NCBI GenBank assembly: GCA_947632645.1
Contig: CANRQB010000001.1
Location: forward strand, 70,813-134,812
Direction of reading: 5' to 3'
Length of the DNA stretch: 64,000 nt
Source: an uncultured Clostridia bacterium
GTDB lineage: Bacteria; Bacillota; Clostridia; Christensenellales; UBA1242
Positions 30,614-40,841 of the stretch are shown here, one piece after another; positions within the stretch are counted from its first letter, which is position 1; every line of letters starts with the position of its first letter. The position numbers were made by a program, and so were the translations under genes. The notes under the pieces were generated by a model, which saw nothing but the letters and a program-made list of their open reading frames with translations, was not told where the DNA came from and made no database searches.

Positions 30614-32081
30614 AGGGATGCTTATAATTTTAGATGGATATGGCGTGGGTGCGCCAAGTGAATATAATGCGGTGGAAAATGCAAACACTCCATTTTTGCA
30701 CTCGCTTAAACAAAAACCATGTTCGCTTCTGAAGGCAGATAGCCAAGCAGTTGGACTGCTATCCCATACCCTAGGGGGTAGCGAAGTTGGCCATTGCACG
30801 ATTGGCGCGGGGCGGGTTATTTTATCCACCCCTTATCATATTGCTAAGGATATTAAATCGGGTGAGTTTAAAAATAATGCGGGGCTAAATAAACTTAAAA
30901 AACAACTAAAAAAAGATAATGGCGATTTGCACCTAGTTGGGCTTATGAGTGATAAAAATGTTCATAGCAACATTGCCCACGCGCTTGCAATTATAGACGA
31001 AACTAAAGATAGCGCAAAAAACATATATATTCACTTTATAACCGACGGGCGCGACACTTCGCCTATTGTAAGTAAAAAATATCTAAATAAACTTAAAAAG
31101 TTTATAAAACCGATTGAAAATTGCCAAATTGCCTCTATCGGCGGCAGATTTTACTATATGGATAGGGAGGATAATTTAGATAGAACGCGTGCGGCCTTTA
31201 ATGCCATGTTTAACCCAACAAAATTTGTTGAGCAAGATGGGGTGGCAGAGTATATTGATAGCGAATATAAAATAAATATTACGGACGAATTTATTGTGCC
31301 AATTAGTGTAAAAACCGATGTGCCAGTTAATCTAAAAAAATCCGATGCAGTTATGTTTTTTGATTTTAGAGAGGATAGGGTGCGCCAACTTGCAAAAATG
31401 GTGGCAGACACTGGTTGCAATATTTACACAATGGCGGATGTTGCCGTGATTAATTCAACCGTGTTTTATCCAACAAAGGATGTAAAAAACACGCTATGCG
31501 AATATTTAAGCAAACTAAATTTTAGGCAAATAAAAATTACCGAGACCACAAAATATGCTCATCTAACATATTTCTTTAATGGTGGGCGTGAAGAACCATT
31601 TAAAAACGAGGACAGGGTGCACATTCCAACCATAAAAACGGATGATTACGCATCCACTCCAAAAATGCGCGCAAAAGAAATTACGGATGAAATTTTGCTG
31701 GCGGTAGATAAAAATTACGATGCCATAATTGTTAACTATTCTAACCCAGATATGATTGGCCACACTGGAAATTACGGGGCAATGGTAAAATCGCTAGAAT
31801 TTTTGGACAAATGCGTTAAAAAAGTTGTAAATTATGCACAAAAACACGGATATTTTGTGTGCATAACTGCCGACCATGGCAATGCAGAAAAGATGCGGGA
31901 TGAAAATGGAAATCCATACACCGCGCACACGTATAATCCGGTTAGGTTTAATGTTTTGGCAAATAAAGAGTACCGACTTAAAAAATCGGGCGGGCTAAAA
32001 GATATAGCGCCAACTTTTTTGGAACTTATGGATGTAAAAAACAACCCTGCATTTGATGGCAAAAGTTTAATTATTAAATAA
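30603..32081 (+). CDS. gpmI: 2,3-bisphosphoglycerate-independent phosphoglycerate mutase
   Basis: 492 aa; ...LIILDGYG...GSEVGHCTIGAGR...ADHGNAE... Confidence 0.94.
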   Translation: MANKGMLIILDGYGVGAPSEYNAVENANTPFLHSLKQKPCSLLKADSQAVGLLSHTLGGSEVGHCTIGAGRVILSTPYHIAKDIKSGEFKNNAGLNKLKKQLKKDNGDLHLVGLMSDKNVHSNIAHALAIIDETKDSAKNIYIHFITDGRDTSPIVSKKYLNKLKKFIKPIENCQIASIGGRFYYMDREDNLDRTRAAFNAMFNPTKFVEQDGVAEYIDSEYKINITDEFIVPISVKTDVPVNLKKSDAVMFFDFREDRVRQLAKMVADTGCNIYTMADVAVINSTVFYPTKDVKNTLCEYLSKLNFRQIKITETTKYAHLTYFFNGGREEPFKNEDRVHIPTIKTDDYASTPKMRAKEITDEILLAVDKNYDAIIVNYSNPDMIGHTGNYGAMVKSLEFLDKCVKKVVNYAQKHGYFVCITADHGNAEKMRDENGNPYTAHTYNPVRFNVLANKEYRLKKSGGLKDIAPTFLELMDVKNNPAFDGKSLIIK

Positions 32082-32178
32082 CTGGCTTACAAAGCGCGAA
32101 TTAAATTTAGAACATAAAAGTTATTTAAAAACCAATAAACTTATTGACAAAACATTTCAATTATGTTAAAATACTATC

Positions 32179-32400
32179 ATGAAATCTTTTTATTATCAAT
32201 TTGTAAATTATGTAAAAGATATTCCTAACATGTGGTTTTGGACCATTTGGATTGTGCTGCTTGCTTGTGCAATGGCGTGTTTTATCAATCTTTTCAATTC
32301 GTTTGATGATAAAGAAAAACGGTATAAAAAAATTAGCAGTTTAGTGTTGGCATTAATCTTAATTGCAATTTTGGTGTACCTAACTTATATTAGAATTTAG
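32179..32400 (+). CDS. Small (73 aa) two-TM membrane protein
   Basis: Promoter-like TTGACA-N17-TAAAAT upstream (32144-32172). Hydrophobic helices. Confidence 0.45.
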   Translation: MKSFYYQFVNYVKDIPNMWFWTIWIVLLACAMACFINLFNSFDDKEKRYKKISSLVLALILIAILVYLTYIRI

Positions 32401-32408
32401 GAGGATTT

Positions 32409-32708
32409 ATGAGTTTGTTTTTAGCCGATACAATTTCTAACACCACAAGCACTGTGCTGCCAATTATCGCGCGCATTTTGCTGGTGATTATTGCACTTTT
32501 ATGCTTGGTTTTGGTGGTGCTTGTGTTTATGCAAATCACTGGCGATAACGAAGCAAATAATGTTATTACTGGCAATCAAGATAGCTACTATGCAAAAAAC
32601 AAATCTGGCTCGCGCGAAGGGCGCATAACTAGGCTTATCTACATTGCGATTGGCATAATTGCTGTGCTGGCTATTGTATACTTTATACTTATAAAAGTGG
32701 TGTACTAA
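32409..32708 (+). CDS. secG: Probable preprotein translocase subunit SecG
   Basis: 99 aa with two TM helices flanking a polar loop (LVFMQITGDNEANNVITG...). Sits directly upstream of rnr-smpB, as in Bacillus (secG-...-rnr-smpB). Confidence 0.55.
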   Translation: MSLFLADTISNTTSTVLPIIARILLVIIALLCLVLVVLVFMQITGDNEANNVITGNQDSYYAKNKSGSREGRITRLIYIAIGIIAVLAIVYFILIKVVY

Positions 32709-32883
32709 CCGCTTTTTTTTATTTGGCTTTTTGGGTGGATGGCCTACGCCAAATTCTTTTCTTTGGGTCGGGAAAATAATTTGGCGTGCTGCTTTTACCC
32801 TAAGTATTATAGCCATAATAAAAAAATTGCTAAAAGCCATTAATTTAGTTTATTATTTTAAAATAAAATGCTAAAATATAGTT

Positions 32884-35157
32884 ATGGATTATGTAAAACT
32901 TATACGCGAACACGCGCTTATATATCTATCTGTGGACGAAATTACTAACAAAATTGCCGCCATTTTAAACGAAAAGGTGGACGATGTTAAAAACAATCTA
33001 CTTGCGCTTATTAAGCAGGGCGTGCTGTTTTTAAAGGACAATAAGGTTTCTATCTCGGCCGACCATGGCTACATTAAGGGCAAACTTAGCTTAAACAGAA
33101 AGGGCTATGGCTTTGTTTCTGTGCCCGATAAGCCCGATTTCTTTATTCCGCAATTTGCAATAAACGGCGCGATGGATGGCGATGATGTGCTGTTTGAAAT
33201 TACACGCGTTAATGGCGATGAACTTATGGAAGGGAAGATTGTGCAGGTATTATCCCGCAACACTACGCACGTGGTGGGCACATACATTGTTGGCAAAAGC
33301 AAAAATGTGGTTTTCCCGGACGACGACAAACTGCAACAAATCCGCATATATAAGGGGGACGAAGGCACCGCCCAGAATAACGAAAAGGTGTGGGTGGAAC
33401 TGGATAGTGCGCTGCTAGATGAGGGTGTGCTGCGCGGCAAGATAATTGAGGTGCTGGGCAAGGCAAACAGCCCAAAAGCCGAGCAACTATCCATTATCCG
33501 CAGTTATAAATTGGTGGATAAATTCGATGCGGCAACGGTTAACGAGGCCAAAAAACTGCCGCAATATGTGGATGTAAAAAAATATAAATCTAGGCAGGAT
33601 TTTACTGCACTTAAAACCATAACTATCGATGGCGAGGATGCGCGCGATTTTGACGATGCTATTTCGGTAGAAACCGATACCGATGGGGGGTATACCCTTT
33701 ATGTGCATATTGCTGATGTAAGCCATTATGTAACCGAGAACTCGGCGCTGGATAAAGAGGCATACAAGCGCGGCACAAGTGTGTATTTCCCTAACCAAGT
33801 TATACCAATGCTGCCGGTTGAATTATCCAACGGAATATGCTCGCTAAACGAGGGCGAAAATAGGCTTACTTTGTCCGTAGTTATAAAACTAGATAAAGAT
33901 GCAAAGGTGCTATCCTCGCGCGTGGTAGAAGGTATAATAAAAAGTGCGCACCGCATGACGTACACCGAAATTACAAATCTGCTAGCTGGTGACCAACTTT
34001 TAAAAGAAAAATACGCGGATGTGTATGAAAATATATTAATTTATCGCGAAATTTCTAAAAAACTTAAAGATATGCGCTTAAAACGCGGCGAAATCCGCTT
34101 TAATATACCCGAGCCATTTATATTAGAAAACGAGCAGGGCGAAATCGTTAGCATAACAAAGCGCATGCAGGACGAAGCGCATGAAATTATAGAAAGTTTA
34201 ATGATTTGTGCCAACGAAGCGGTTGCCCTATGGGGGTATAAAACAAAACTGCCAATTATGTATCGCGTGCACGAAAAACCGGATGAAGAAAAGGTTGCGC
34301 GACTAAGTAAAATTTTATCTAACATGGGGGTATCCAATAACCTAGAGATAGAAGGGGATAAGCCAGCCGCCTATCAAAAAATTATGGATAAAATTGCAAA
34401 AAGCCCTAAAGAGCAGACGCTTGCAGTACTAACCCTTCGCACCATGATGAAAGCGCGATACTCTCCAACCTGCATAGGCCATTTTGGCTTGGCAAGCGAA
34501 TATTATTGTCATTTTACCAGTCCAATTAGGCGATATCCCGACCTTATAACCCATCGCGTTATAAAATGCTATCTAAATGGCATGCCAGCAAGCGAGATTC
34601 GTGAAAAGTTTTCTGATTTTATTATGCGCGCCAGCGAACGCTGCAGTGAAAACGAAAAGACAGCAGACGAAGCCGAACGCGCGGTGGATGACTACAAAAA
34701 AGCCGTGTATATGAAAAACTTTTTGGGGCAGGAGTTTGATGCGGTTATCTCGGGTGTGCAAGAGTTTGGCATTTTTGCCGAGCTTGATAACGGCATAGAA
34801 GGCATGATTAAGGCGGACAATCTGCCATTTGATAACTACGAGTATGATGATATGAGCTTGACACTAAAGGGCAAGCAGCACAGTTTTACCATCGGCGATA
34901 AGGTGCGCATTGTTGTGTCTAATGTCAACACACAACTAAGGCAGATAGATTTTGATTTGGCGGGTGTGGAGCATCAGGTTAAGGATTTTATCAACAACAA
35001 AACATTTAATCGCGGTGAAAATTTAAAACATAACAAAAAAGCGGCCAAAACTGAAAAATTTGGCAAAAAATCGAGCAAAAACAATGCAAAAAACGCAAAA
35101 TCCAATAAATTTTCCGCAAAAGATTACTATAAACTAAAATCCAAACACAAAAAATAA
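32884..35157 (+). CDS. rnr: Ribonuclease R
   Basis: 757 aa; RNB motifs ...TIDGEDARDFDDAISVE... and ...HFGLASEYYCHFTSPIRRYPDLITHR...; S1 domain; basic K-rich tail. Confidence 0.95.
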   Translation: MDYVKLIREHALIYLSVDEITNKIAAILNEKVDDVKNNLLALIKQGVLFLKDNKVSISADHGYIKGKLSLNRKGYGFVSVPDKPDFFIPQFAINGAMDGDDVLFEITRVNGDELMEGKIVQVLSRNTTHVVGTYIVGKSKNVVFPDDDKLQQIRIYKGDEGTAQNNEKVWVELDSALLDEGVLRGKIIEVLGKANSPKAEQLSIIRSYKLVDKFDAATVNEAKKLPQYVDVKKYKSRQDFTALKTITIDGEDARDFDDAISVETDTDGGYTLYVHIADVSHYVTENSALDKEAYKRGTSVYFPNQVIPMLPVELSNGICSLNEGENRLTLSVVIKLDKDAKVLSSRVVEGIIKSAHRMTYTEITNLLAGDQLLKEKYADVYENILIYREISKKLKDMRLKRGEIRFNIPEPFILENEQGEIVSITKRMQDEAHEIIESLMICANEAVALWGYKTKLPIMYRVHEKPDEEKVARLSKILSNMGVSNNLEIEGDKPAAYQKIMDKIAKSPKEQTLAVLTLRTMMKARYSPTCIGHFGLASEYYCHFTSPIRRYPDLITHRVIKCYLNGMPASEIREKFSDFIMRASERCSENEKTADEAERAVDDYKKAVYMKNFLGQEFDAVISGVQEFGIFAELDNGIEGMIKADNLPFDNYEYDDMSLTLKGKQHSFTIGDKVRIVVSNVNTQLRQIDFDLAGVEHQVKDFINNKTFNRGENLKHNKKAAKTEKFGKKSSKNNAKNAKSNKFSAKDYYKLKSKHKK

Positions 35158-35353
35158 GGGGCACTTGCCTCTTTTTCTGTTTTGCAAAATTTTTAAAAAA
35201 TTGTAACTTGTGTTAACAAATTTTCCAATTTTCCCCGATAATTGAAATGGATTGCTTTTAATAAGGAATTATAATGTAAAATAAATTCAATTTTTTTAAT
35301 AAAGTTATGCAATTTCTATTTAAAAATTTTTTGTTTTGTGCTAAAATTATAGT

Positions 35354-35794
35354 ATGGAAAAATTGGTGGCGGAAAACAGGCGCGCCCGTTTTGAATATGA
35401 ATTGCTAGAAAAATTAGAGGCGGGCATTGTGCTTACAGGTGACGAAATTAAGTCGGTTAGGCTTGGACATTTTTCCATTGCCGATTGCTATGGCTACATT
35501 AAGGCGGGCGAATGCTTTTTACGCAACAGCTACATTAAAGAGTATGCCAATTCGTTTAACGCATCCCGCGGGGGAGATACTACGCGCCGTGACCGCAAAC
35601 TTCTGCTACACAAAAAAGAGATTGAAAAGTGGCACAAGCGCATAGAGACCGAGCACCTAACCTTAGTGCCAACCCGCGCCTATTTTGTGGATAGCCAACT
35701 AAAAGTAGAAATTGCCCTTGCTCGCGGTAAAAAATTGTGGGACAAGCGCGCTACCATAAAGGAAAGAGAACTTAATAAAAAATTAAAAATATAG
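35354..35794 (+). CDS. smpB: SsrA-binding protein SmpB
   Basis: 146 aa; ...ENRRARFEYELLEKLEAGIVLTGDEIKS... Confidence 0.95.
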   Translation: MEKLVAENRRARFEYELLEKLEAGIVLTGDEIKSVRLGHFSIADCYGYIKAGECFLRNSYIKEYANSFNASRGGDTTRRDRKLLLHKKEIEKWHKRIETEHLTLVPTRAYFVDSQLKVEIALARGKKLWDKRATIKERELNKKLKI

Positions 35795-35837
35795 AATTGC
35801 GCTTGTTGCATTTTTTCATGCAATTTTTTATAAAATA

Positions 35838-35866
35838 TTGACAAATTGAATAAGTTTTGCTACAAT
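35838..35866 (+). promoter_or_regulatory. Promoter of the lipoprotein gene
   Basis: TTGACA (35838-35843), 17-nt spacer, TGcTACAAT. Confidence 0.6.
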
Positions 35867-35883
35867 TTAATTGGAGATAAAAC

Positions 35884-36639
35884 ATGGGAAAGAGCATAGT
35901 TCAAAATATGATAAAAACAAAATCTAAGATATTTACAATTTTACTAAGTTTAATTTTATTGCCTTTGGTGGTGGTATTGTTTTCTGCCTGTGGGGGCAAG
36001 GGAAATTCAAAAGGCAGTCAACTGTCCGCCCAAGAAGCATTTAATAAGTACACTGAAACATTAAACAAAATGATTGCGCTTAACACTCTTACTGTAAATG
36101 TTGACGGTACTAGTGTGGAGGGTTCTCAACAATGTTTGTATTTTTTTACAAATGAAAACTCATACTGCCTGGCAACAACCGGCGGCAAAACAGTGGAAAC
36201 TTGGTACGAAACCTCCAGCGATAATATGTGCCTAGAATATCAACACATAAGGGAAACATATAAAAGGTATCGCTTCGATTTGGAAGGGAGAAGCCTAGTA
36301 GACCTCAACAAAGATTATCTATATTTAAACACGGCAGACATTGTCTTTTCTATTGCCAGCGATCCAGTTATGATAAAACAATCAAATGGTAAATATGTGT
36401 TTACTTATACCATTGCTCTTAACGGGCAGAAAGAACAAAGAACACTGACCATTTCGGCAGATGGCTTAGTGGAAAGAATTGAAGTGGCTGGAGAGGTTGC
36501 GGATCTGGCAACCGGCAATGTAGCAACTACATACTCATTAAACATCGCATTCACCTGCAATCAAACAGTAGCAATTCCAACCCGCCCAACCGAGGACGAT
36601 GGAATCCATTGGGAAACCGATGATCTTGTTATAGGATAA
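35884..36639 (+). CDS. Putative lipoprotein
   Basis: 251 aa; signal peptide with lipobox ...LVVVLFSAC-GGKG... Confidence 0.75.
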   Translation: MGKSIVQNMIKTKSKIFTILLSLILLPLVVVLFSACGGKGNSKGSQLSAQEAFNKYTETLNKMIALNTLTVNVDGTSVEGSQQCLYFFTNENSYCLATTGGKTVETWYETSSDNMCLEYQHIRETYKRYRFDLEGRSLVDLNKDYLYLNTADIVFSIASDPVMIKQSNGKYVFTYTIALNGQKEQRTLTISADGLVERIEVAGEVADLATGNVATTYSLNIAFTCNQTVAIPTRPTEDDGIHWETDDLVIG

Positions 36640-36644
36640 TAAAC

Positions 36645-36675
36645 TAAAAAAATCACCAATTTGGTGATTTTTTTA
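36645..36675. terminator. Bidirectional terminator
   Basis: A7-ATCACC-aattt-GGTGAT-T7. A near-identical motif recurs at 63971-63998. Confidence 0.7.
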
Positions 36676-37220
36676 CAAATACTTTACAATTTCGGGGAAG
36701 GTTTTGCCGTAGCCGGTGGCGGCAGTGAAATGGCCGGCGGCTGGGATTATTTCTTTTTTGGCATCAATCGTTTCGGCAAAGCGGTTTAGGATGTTAAAAT
36801 CGTAGATGTCGGTTGGGCTGTAAAAGCATATGCGTTCGCGTGCAAAATTTTTAAAATCAGCAAGGTTTGGCACAAAAAATGTTTTGTTAATTTCTTCCCA
36901 ATCTGGGTGTGGGCTGTTTGTGTTGGGCTCGTTAAATGGAACAACTCCAATAAATTTTGCAATTTTCAACTTGTTTTGCATTAAAAATTTCACAGTAAAA
37001 ATGCAGCCAGTAGAGTGCCCAATAAACACACTATCTTTGTTGATGTATTTTTTGAATGGCTCAAACGCCTTTGCCCAACTAGAATAACTCATCTTTTCTA
37101 ATGGTGGCAGGGTGGGTATGTAGCAAGTGTACCCCCCCCCGCAACGGTTTGCTTAATAAAGTTATACCAATAATCGTCCGCCGTGTTGCCCAGCGCATGA
37201 ATTACAAAATAATTTTTCAT
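36673..37220 (-). pseudogene. YdeN/RBBP9-type alpha/beta serine hydrolase split by a frameshift in a homopolymeric tract (phase-variable, or an assembly error)
   Basis: ATG at 37220 (GGAGAG RBS) gives MKNYFVIHALGNTADDYWYNFIKQTVAGGG, then a stop at 37098-37100. One extra G in the G9 run (C9 on plus, 37132-37140) joins it in frame to ORF 36673..37092 (MSYSSWAKAF...GHSTGC...). The joined product aligns along its length with the 183-aa paralogue at 37257..37808. Confidence 0.75.
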
Positions 37221-37256
37221 TTTCTCTCCAAAAGGTAAATTTTGATATAGATTTTC

Positions 37257-37808
37257 TTAAATTTTTTCTATTTTTGTTAAAAGTTCGGGGAAGGTGGCAT
37301 AGCCAGTTTCGGTGTTAAAGTGGCCAGCATCTGCCTTTAAAATGGTTTTTGCCTTTATGTTTTTTGTGAACATATCTAGTAAATAATATGGTACATAAGG
37401 GTCATTTTTGCTTATATAGCATACCCGTAGCGGGCATAGGTATTCAAACCCTTTAATTTCATCCAAGAAAAATGTTTTGTTAACCGCATCGTAATCCGGC
37501 ACATTAATAAAGCAGTTAAACCCGCTTATGCTAAACAGCGCCTTAATTTTAAGTTTGTGTTCTAGCAGATATTTAACAATGAAAATTGGACCAATGCTTC
37601 TGCCAACAAAAATTGTGTCGCCATTAATTTTGTTCGCATATTTGTTTAGCACCTTTGCCCAAGCCGCATAACTTTGCTTGCCTATGCCGATAGGGAAGTT
37701 GGGTGCTATAACTTCAAAACCATTTTTCTCCAAATTTTGTTTTAGCCAGGGGATGTAGTGTTCGCGGCTATCCCCAAAACTTCCATGAACAATAAAAACT
37801 GTACTCAT
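37257..37808 (-). CDS. YdeN/RBBP9-type alpha/beta serine hydrolase
   Basis: 183 aa; MSTVFIVHGSFGDSREHYIPWLK...VGRSIGP...GHFN... matches the pattern of the small esterase family. Confidence 0.75.
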   Translation of the reverse strand: MSTVFIVHGSFGDSREHYIPWLKQNLEKNGFEVIAPNFPIGIGKQSYAAWAKVLNKYANKINGDTIFVGRSIGPIFIVKYLLEHKLKIKALFSISGFNCFINVPDYDAVNKTFFLDEIKGFEYLCPLRVCYISKNDPYVPYYLLDMFTKNIKAKTILKADAGHFNTETGYATFPELLTKIEKI

Positions 37809-37913
37809 AACTCCTCCAATATAATCATATCACAAAAATACAAATTGTGTTGCGTTTTTTATCATTTATTTGACTTGTATGCGCAAAAGTGATAGCAATT
37901 GTATATAAATTTG

Positions 37914-37942
37914 TAAAAAAACGCTAGCTTAGCTAGCATTTT
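37914..37942 (-). terminator. Terminator downstream of the T4CP gene
   Basis: On the minus strand: GCTAGC-taa-GCTAGC followed by a T-run. Confidence 0.6.
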
Positions 37943-39955
37943 TTAAAATAGATCGTCGTCGTCATCGTCGTCGCCATTTTGCCTTGCCATTAATTTGTTG
38001 CGCTCTTTAATGTCGTAGAACACCTTTTCTTCATCCAGTGCGCGGCGTTGCATATACACTGGCGCTGCCTTACTTGTATCGTACAAATTGGTTGCTTTAA
38101 AGTATGGGGTGATTTTGGTTTTAAGTGCGGCTTCTGGCTCGAAGGTCTTAATAATAATTTGCTCTTTATCCCTAAACGACATAAGTTCGTGCGGGTAGGC
38201 GATAGGGATGGATTGGTTTTGTTTAGAATACGATTTTGTGGTTTTGCCGTCCGGCCCTTCGCTTTCGTTTACGCTTTGTACGCTGATGGTTTTGTTGCCA
38301 AGTAGTTCGCTAAACTCTTTGTTTGTAACCGTGTCTTCAGATGCGATATACACTTGAATAGGGCAGTTATCTTTAATAATTTTACCCTCATCCTGCCCGT
38401 ATACCTGATACAACTGGCTGTAGCTTTGCACAATCAGTTCAAAGAAAATGCCACGGCTGCGGCCAACCGCCATATAGTTACCAAATTGTGGGAACTTAGG
38501 CATGTTACCGAACTCATCTAGCATAAAGTACACATTGCGCTTTAGTTTGCCACCAATTTGGTTTGCCTTTTCTACAAGCCGTTTATACAGTTGGTTAACA
38601 AACAAAATTGCAAGTGGGTAACGCGTGCGAATTTCATCTGGAATAATAAGGAACACTGCAGTAGGTTTTTCGTCTATCTTGGTAAAATCCAATTCGCTGT
38701 TGCTGGTTAAAAATGCAATACCAGAGTCGTTAAACATACTTACGCCGGCGGTTGCAAATCCCACGTAGTTTTTAGAAGTACTATCCGCATTGTTAAGCGC
38801 GGTGTTGCAAAGTTGTGCCACCTGGCCAAATTTATCGCGATAGCTAAATAGATATTGTTTCATAGTGGCGTAAGTGTCGCGTCCGCTATCCTGTGTGTTA
38901 ACAATTTTTGCCACGTTGTAAAAGTTAAATTTATCTCGTGTAAGGCCAAGTTCTGGAATACGCGTATCCTCTAGCATCGCCAAAATTATACCTTGCAGCA
39001 GTTTTTGCGCGGTTTGCTCCCAACTTGGGTCTTTTTCGTTTTGGATTGGCACAATCGCTTGGCAGATATCGGTTAGGGCATTATATGTTGTGTCTTGCAA
39101 CTCTTTTGCCACAACGCGCATATCATTTTCTAGCAGATGCTTGTCTGCATAAGCGGTGTTGCCAAATTCAAACCAAGTGGTGGTGTTGTAATCAAAATTG
39201 GTTTGTTTTATAAGCTTATATCTGTCCGGATTATCGCCCGGCTGATGCACTTTAACTTCTTTTGCCAAATTAAAACTGCGGGTGTATAAATCGTATGGGT
39301 AAAAAAGTGGATTCCATTGCACGCTTTGGAATGGGTTGCGTAGGTTTAAAACGTGCACATCATACCCTTCCTTTCTAAACTTGTTGGCGTTAATTTCGTA
39401 CAGCTCGCCCTTAGGGTCGGTTATAACAAAGCTTGGCTTTGCAGCAGTGGTAGACATAAGTTGCAAGCTAGGCACAACAAAACGTGTGGTTTTACCCGAT
39501 GATGTGGTACCAACAACTAGGGTGTGGATTGGCTTTACAAAATTTATTTCCATGCCTAAGCCCTTTGCCTCGGCGCGCACCAAAATGCCGTCTTTGTTGC
39601 ACGAGCGTATGCTAGATAGGGTGTTGTAGTTAAAGCCCTTTTCTTTTTTAAGCACGTCGTCGGTTACAAAATCTTTATCATAAAATTGCTGAACTTTTTT
39701 GCCCTTGGTGTCGGTAACGCTATCCTCTGCCTTGCCGCCCTTTTTAGAACCGCTGCTGCCATCTAACGATTTAAGCACCTTAATAACAAAGTATACCGCC
39801 ATAGAAAAGCCAGTTATAAACAAACTAACGCCAATATATTTGCGGTTAAAAGCAAAAGCGCTGGTGCTAAAATAGGTTGCAACAATGTTGCTAACAACAA
39901 ATATCAAAATTGCGGTTATAACAGCAAAGATAATTTTTTTACCGATTTTTTTCAT
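37943..39955 (-). CDS. Type IV secretion coupling protein (VirD4/TraG/TraD family ATPase) with a poly-Asp C-terminus
   Basis: 670 aa. Two N-terminal TM helices; Walker A VVGTTSSGKTT; DPKGELY; Walker B YFMLDEFGNMP; GRSRGIFFELIVQSYSQL; tail ...QNGDDDDDDDLF. Confidence 0.88.
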   Translation of the reverse strand: MKKIGKKIIFAVITAILIFVVSNIVATYFSTSAFAFNRKYIGVSLFITGFSMAVYFVIKVLKSLDGSSGSKKGGKAEDSVTDTKGKKVQQFYDKDFVTDDVLKKEKGFNYNTLSSIRSCNKDGILVRAEAKGLGMEINFVKPIHTLVVGTTSSGKTTRFVVPSLQLMSTTAAKPSFVITDPKGELYEINANKFRKEGYDVHVLNLRNPFQSVQWNPLFYPYDLYTRSFNLAKEVKVHQPGDNPDRYKLIKQTNFDYNTTTWFEFGNTAYADKHLLENDMRVVAKELQDTTYNALTDICQAIVPIQNEKDPSWEQTAQKLLQGIILAMLEDTRIPELGLTRDKFNFYNVAKIVNTQDSGRDTYATMKQYLFSYRDKFGQVAQLCNTALNNADSTSKNYVGFATAGVSMFNDSGIAFLTSNSELDFTKIDEKPTAVFLIIPDEIRTRYPLAILFVNQLYKRLVEKANQIGGKLKRNVYFMLDEFGNMPKFPQFGNYMAVGRSRGIFFELIVQSYSQLYQVYGQDEGKIIKDNCPIQVYIASEDTVTNKEFSELLGNKTISVQSVNESEGPDGKTTKSYSKQNQSIPIAYPHELMSFRDKEQIIIKTFEPEAALKTKITPYFKATNLYDTSKAAPVYMQRRALDEEKVFYDIKERNKLMARQNGDDDDDDDLF

Positions 39956-40076
39956 AATTATATAATTTCTCCTTAAATAAAAGCCGTGAGTAAATTTATT
40001 TACAGCATGCTAAGTGCAAGGGTGATTGCTAAGTGCCAACAGGGATATGATATTCCTATAATATTAATTATAATAA

Positions 40077-40108
40077 TTAAACAAATTGTTGTCAATCAAA
40101 TTGTTTAA
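40077..40108. promoter_or_regulatory. Inverted repeat (candidate operator) in the divergent T4CP / pilin-like promoter region
   Basis: TTAAACAAATTG-ttgtcaat-CAAATTGTTTAA (11 of 12 arm positions complementary). Confidence 0.35.
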
Positions 40109-40302
40109 TTTTAAAAATTTTATCCAAATTCGCCTATAAATTATACAGTTTGGATTTAAAAACATATTTTGGGCAATATATTAATAAATTTAGATTTTTA
40201 AAAAATTTTAAAAAATTTTACAAAAAATATACAAAATCGTTTGCATTTAAATTAAATAGATGCTAAAATTTAGTTATAAACTAATAAAAAAGGGGAAAAA
40301 CT

Positions 40303-40692
40303 ATGAAATTCTTTTCTATGTTATTAGATACTGAAACAACCAAACAAACACTTACCGAAAAATACGAGTGGCTTGGCGATTTAACAAGTGCTGTTAAAAA
40401 TGTGCTTAACCCAATTTTAATTGTTGCATGTTTGGTGGGCATTATATATGCAATTTGGGTTGGTGTGCAATTTGCTAAGGCAGATAGTTCCGATCAACGT
40501 AAAGAGGCTAAAAACAAACTTATAACCGTTATCGTTGGCGTTGTTGCGGCGGGTGCGTTGGTTGCTTTGTTCTACTGGCTAACTTGGATGATAAACAACG
40601 ACAAAATTCATTTTGATATCAAAGGCCAAGTTGGCACATCATTTGGTGGCTTTGTTCAACAACAACTAATGTGGATACATTCATTCTTTTAA
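40303..40692 (+). CDS. VirB2/TrbC-like small membrane protein (pilin-like conjugal transfer protein)
   Basis: 129 aa. Two TM helices flank a short charged loop (...VGVQFAKADSSDQRKEAKNKLITVIVGVVAAG...). Strong terminator at 40698-40719. Position is next to the T4SS ATPases. Confidence 0.55.
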   Translation: MKFFSMLLDTETTKQTLTEKYEWLGDLTSAVKNVLNPILIVACLVGIIYAIWVGVQFAKADSSDQRKEAKNKLITVIVGVVAAGALVALFYWLTWMINNDKIHFDIKGQVGTSFGGFVQQQLMWIHSFF

Positions 40693-40697
40693 AATTT

Positions 40698-40719
40698 AGG
40701 GCGGTAAGCCCTTTTTTTA
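40698..40719 (+). terminator. Terminator after the pilin-like gene
   Basis: AGGGC-ggtaa-GCCCT followed by T7. Confidence 0.7.
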
Positions 40720-40841
40720 TTTGGTGTTGTGTTTTTTATTTTTATATAGTAAATAGATAATTTCGCTTAATTTTTTTGTTTTGCGGCAATTTTGTTTGTT
40801 AAAATTAATTTTTTTGCTATAATAAACTAAAAGGAGGGGCT

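Noticed and set aside
35795-35883. Expected ssrA (tmRNA) gene downstream of smpB.
   Set aside because: Only 89 nt are available. They are occupied by a terminator-like hairpin and the TTGACA-N17-TACAAT promoter of the lipoprotein gene, so tmRNA must be elsewhere.
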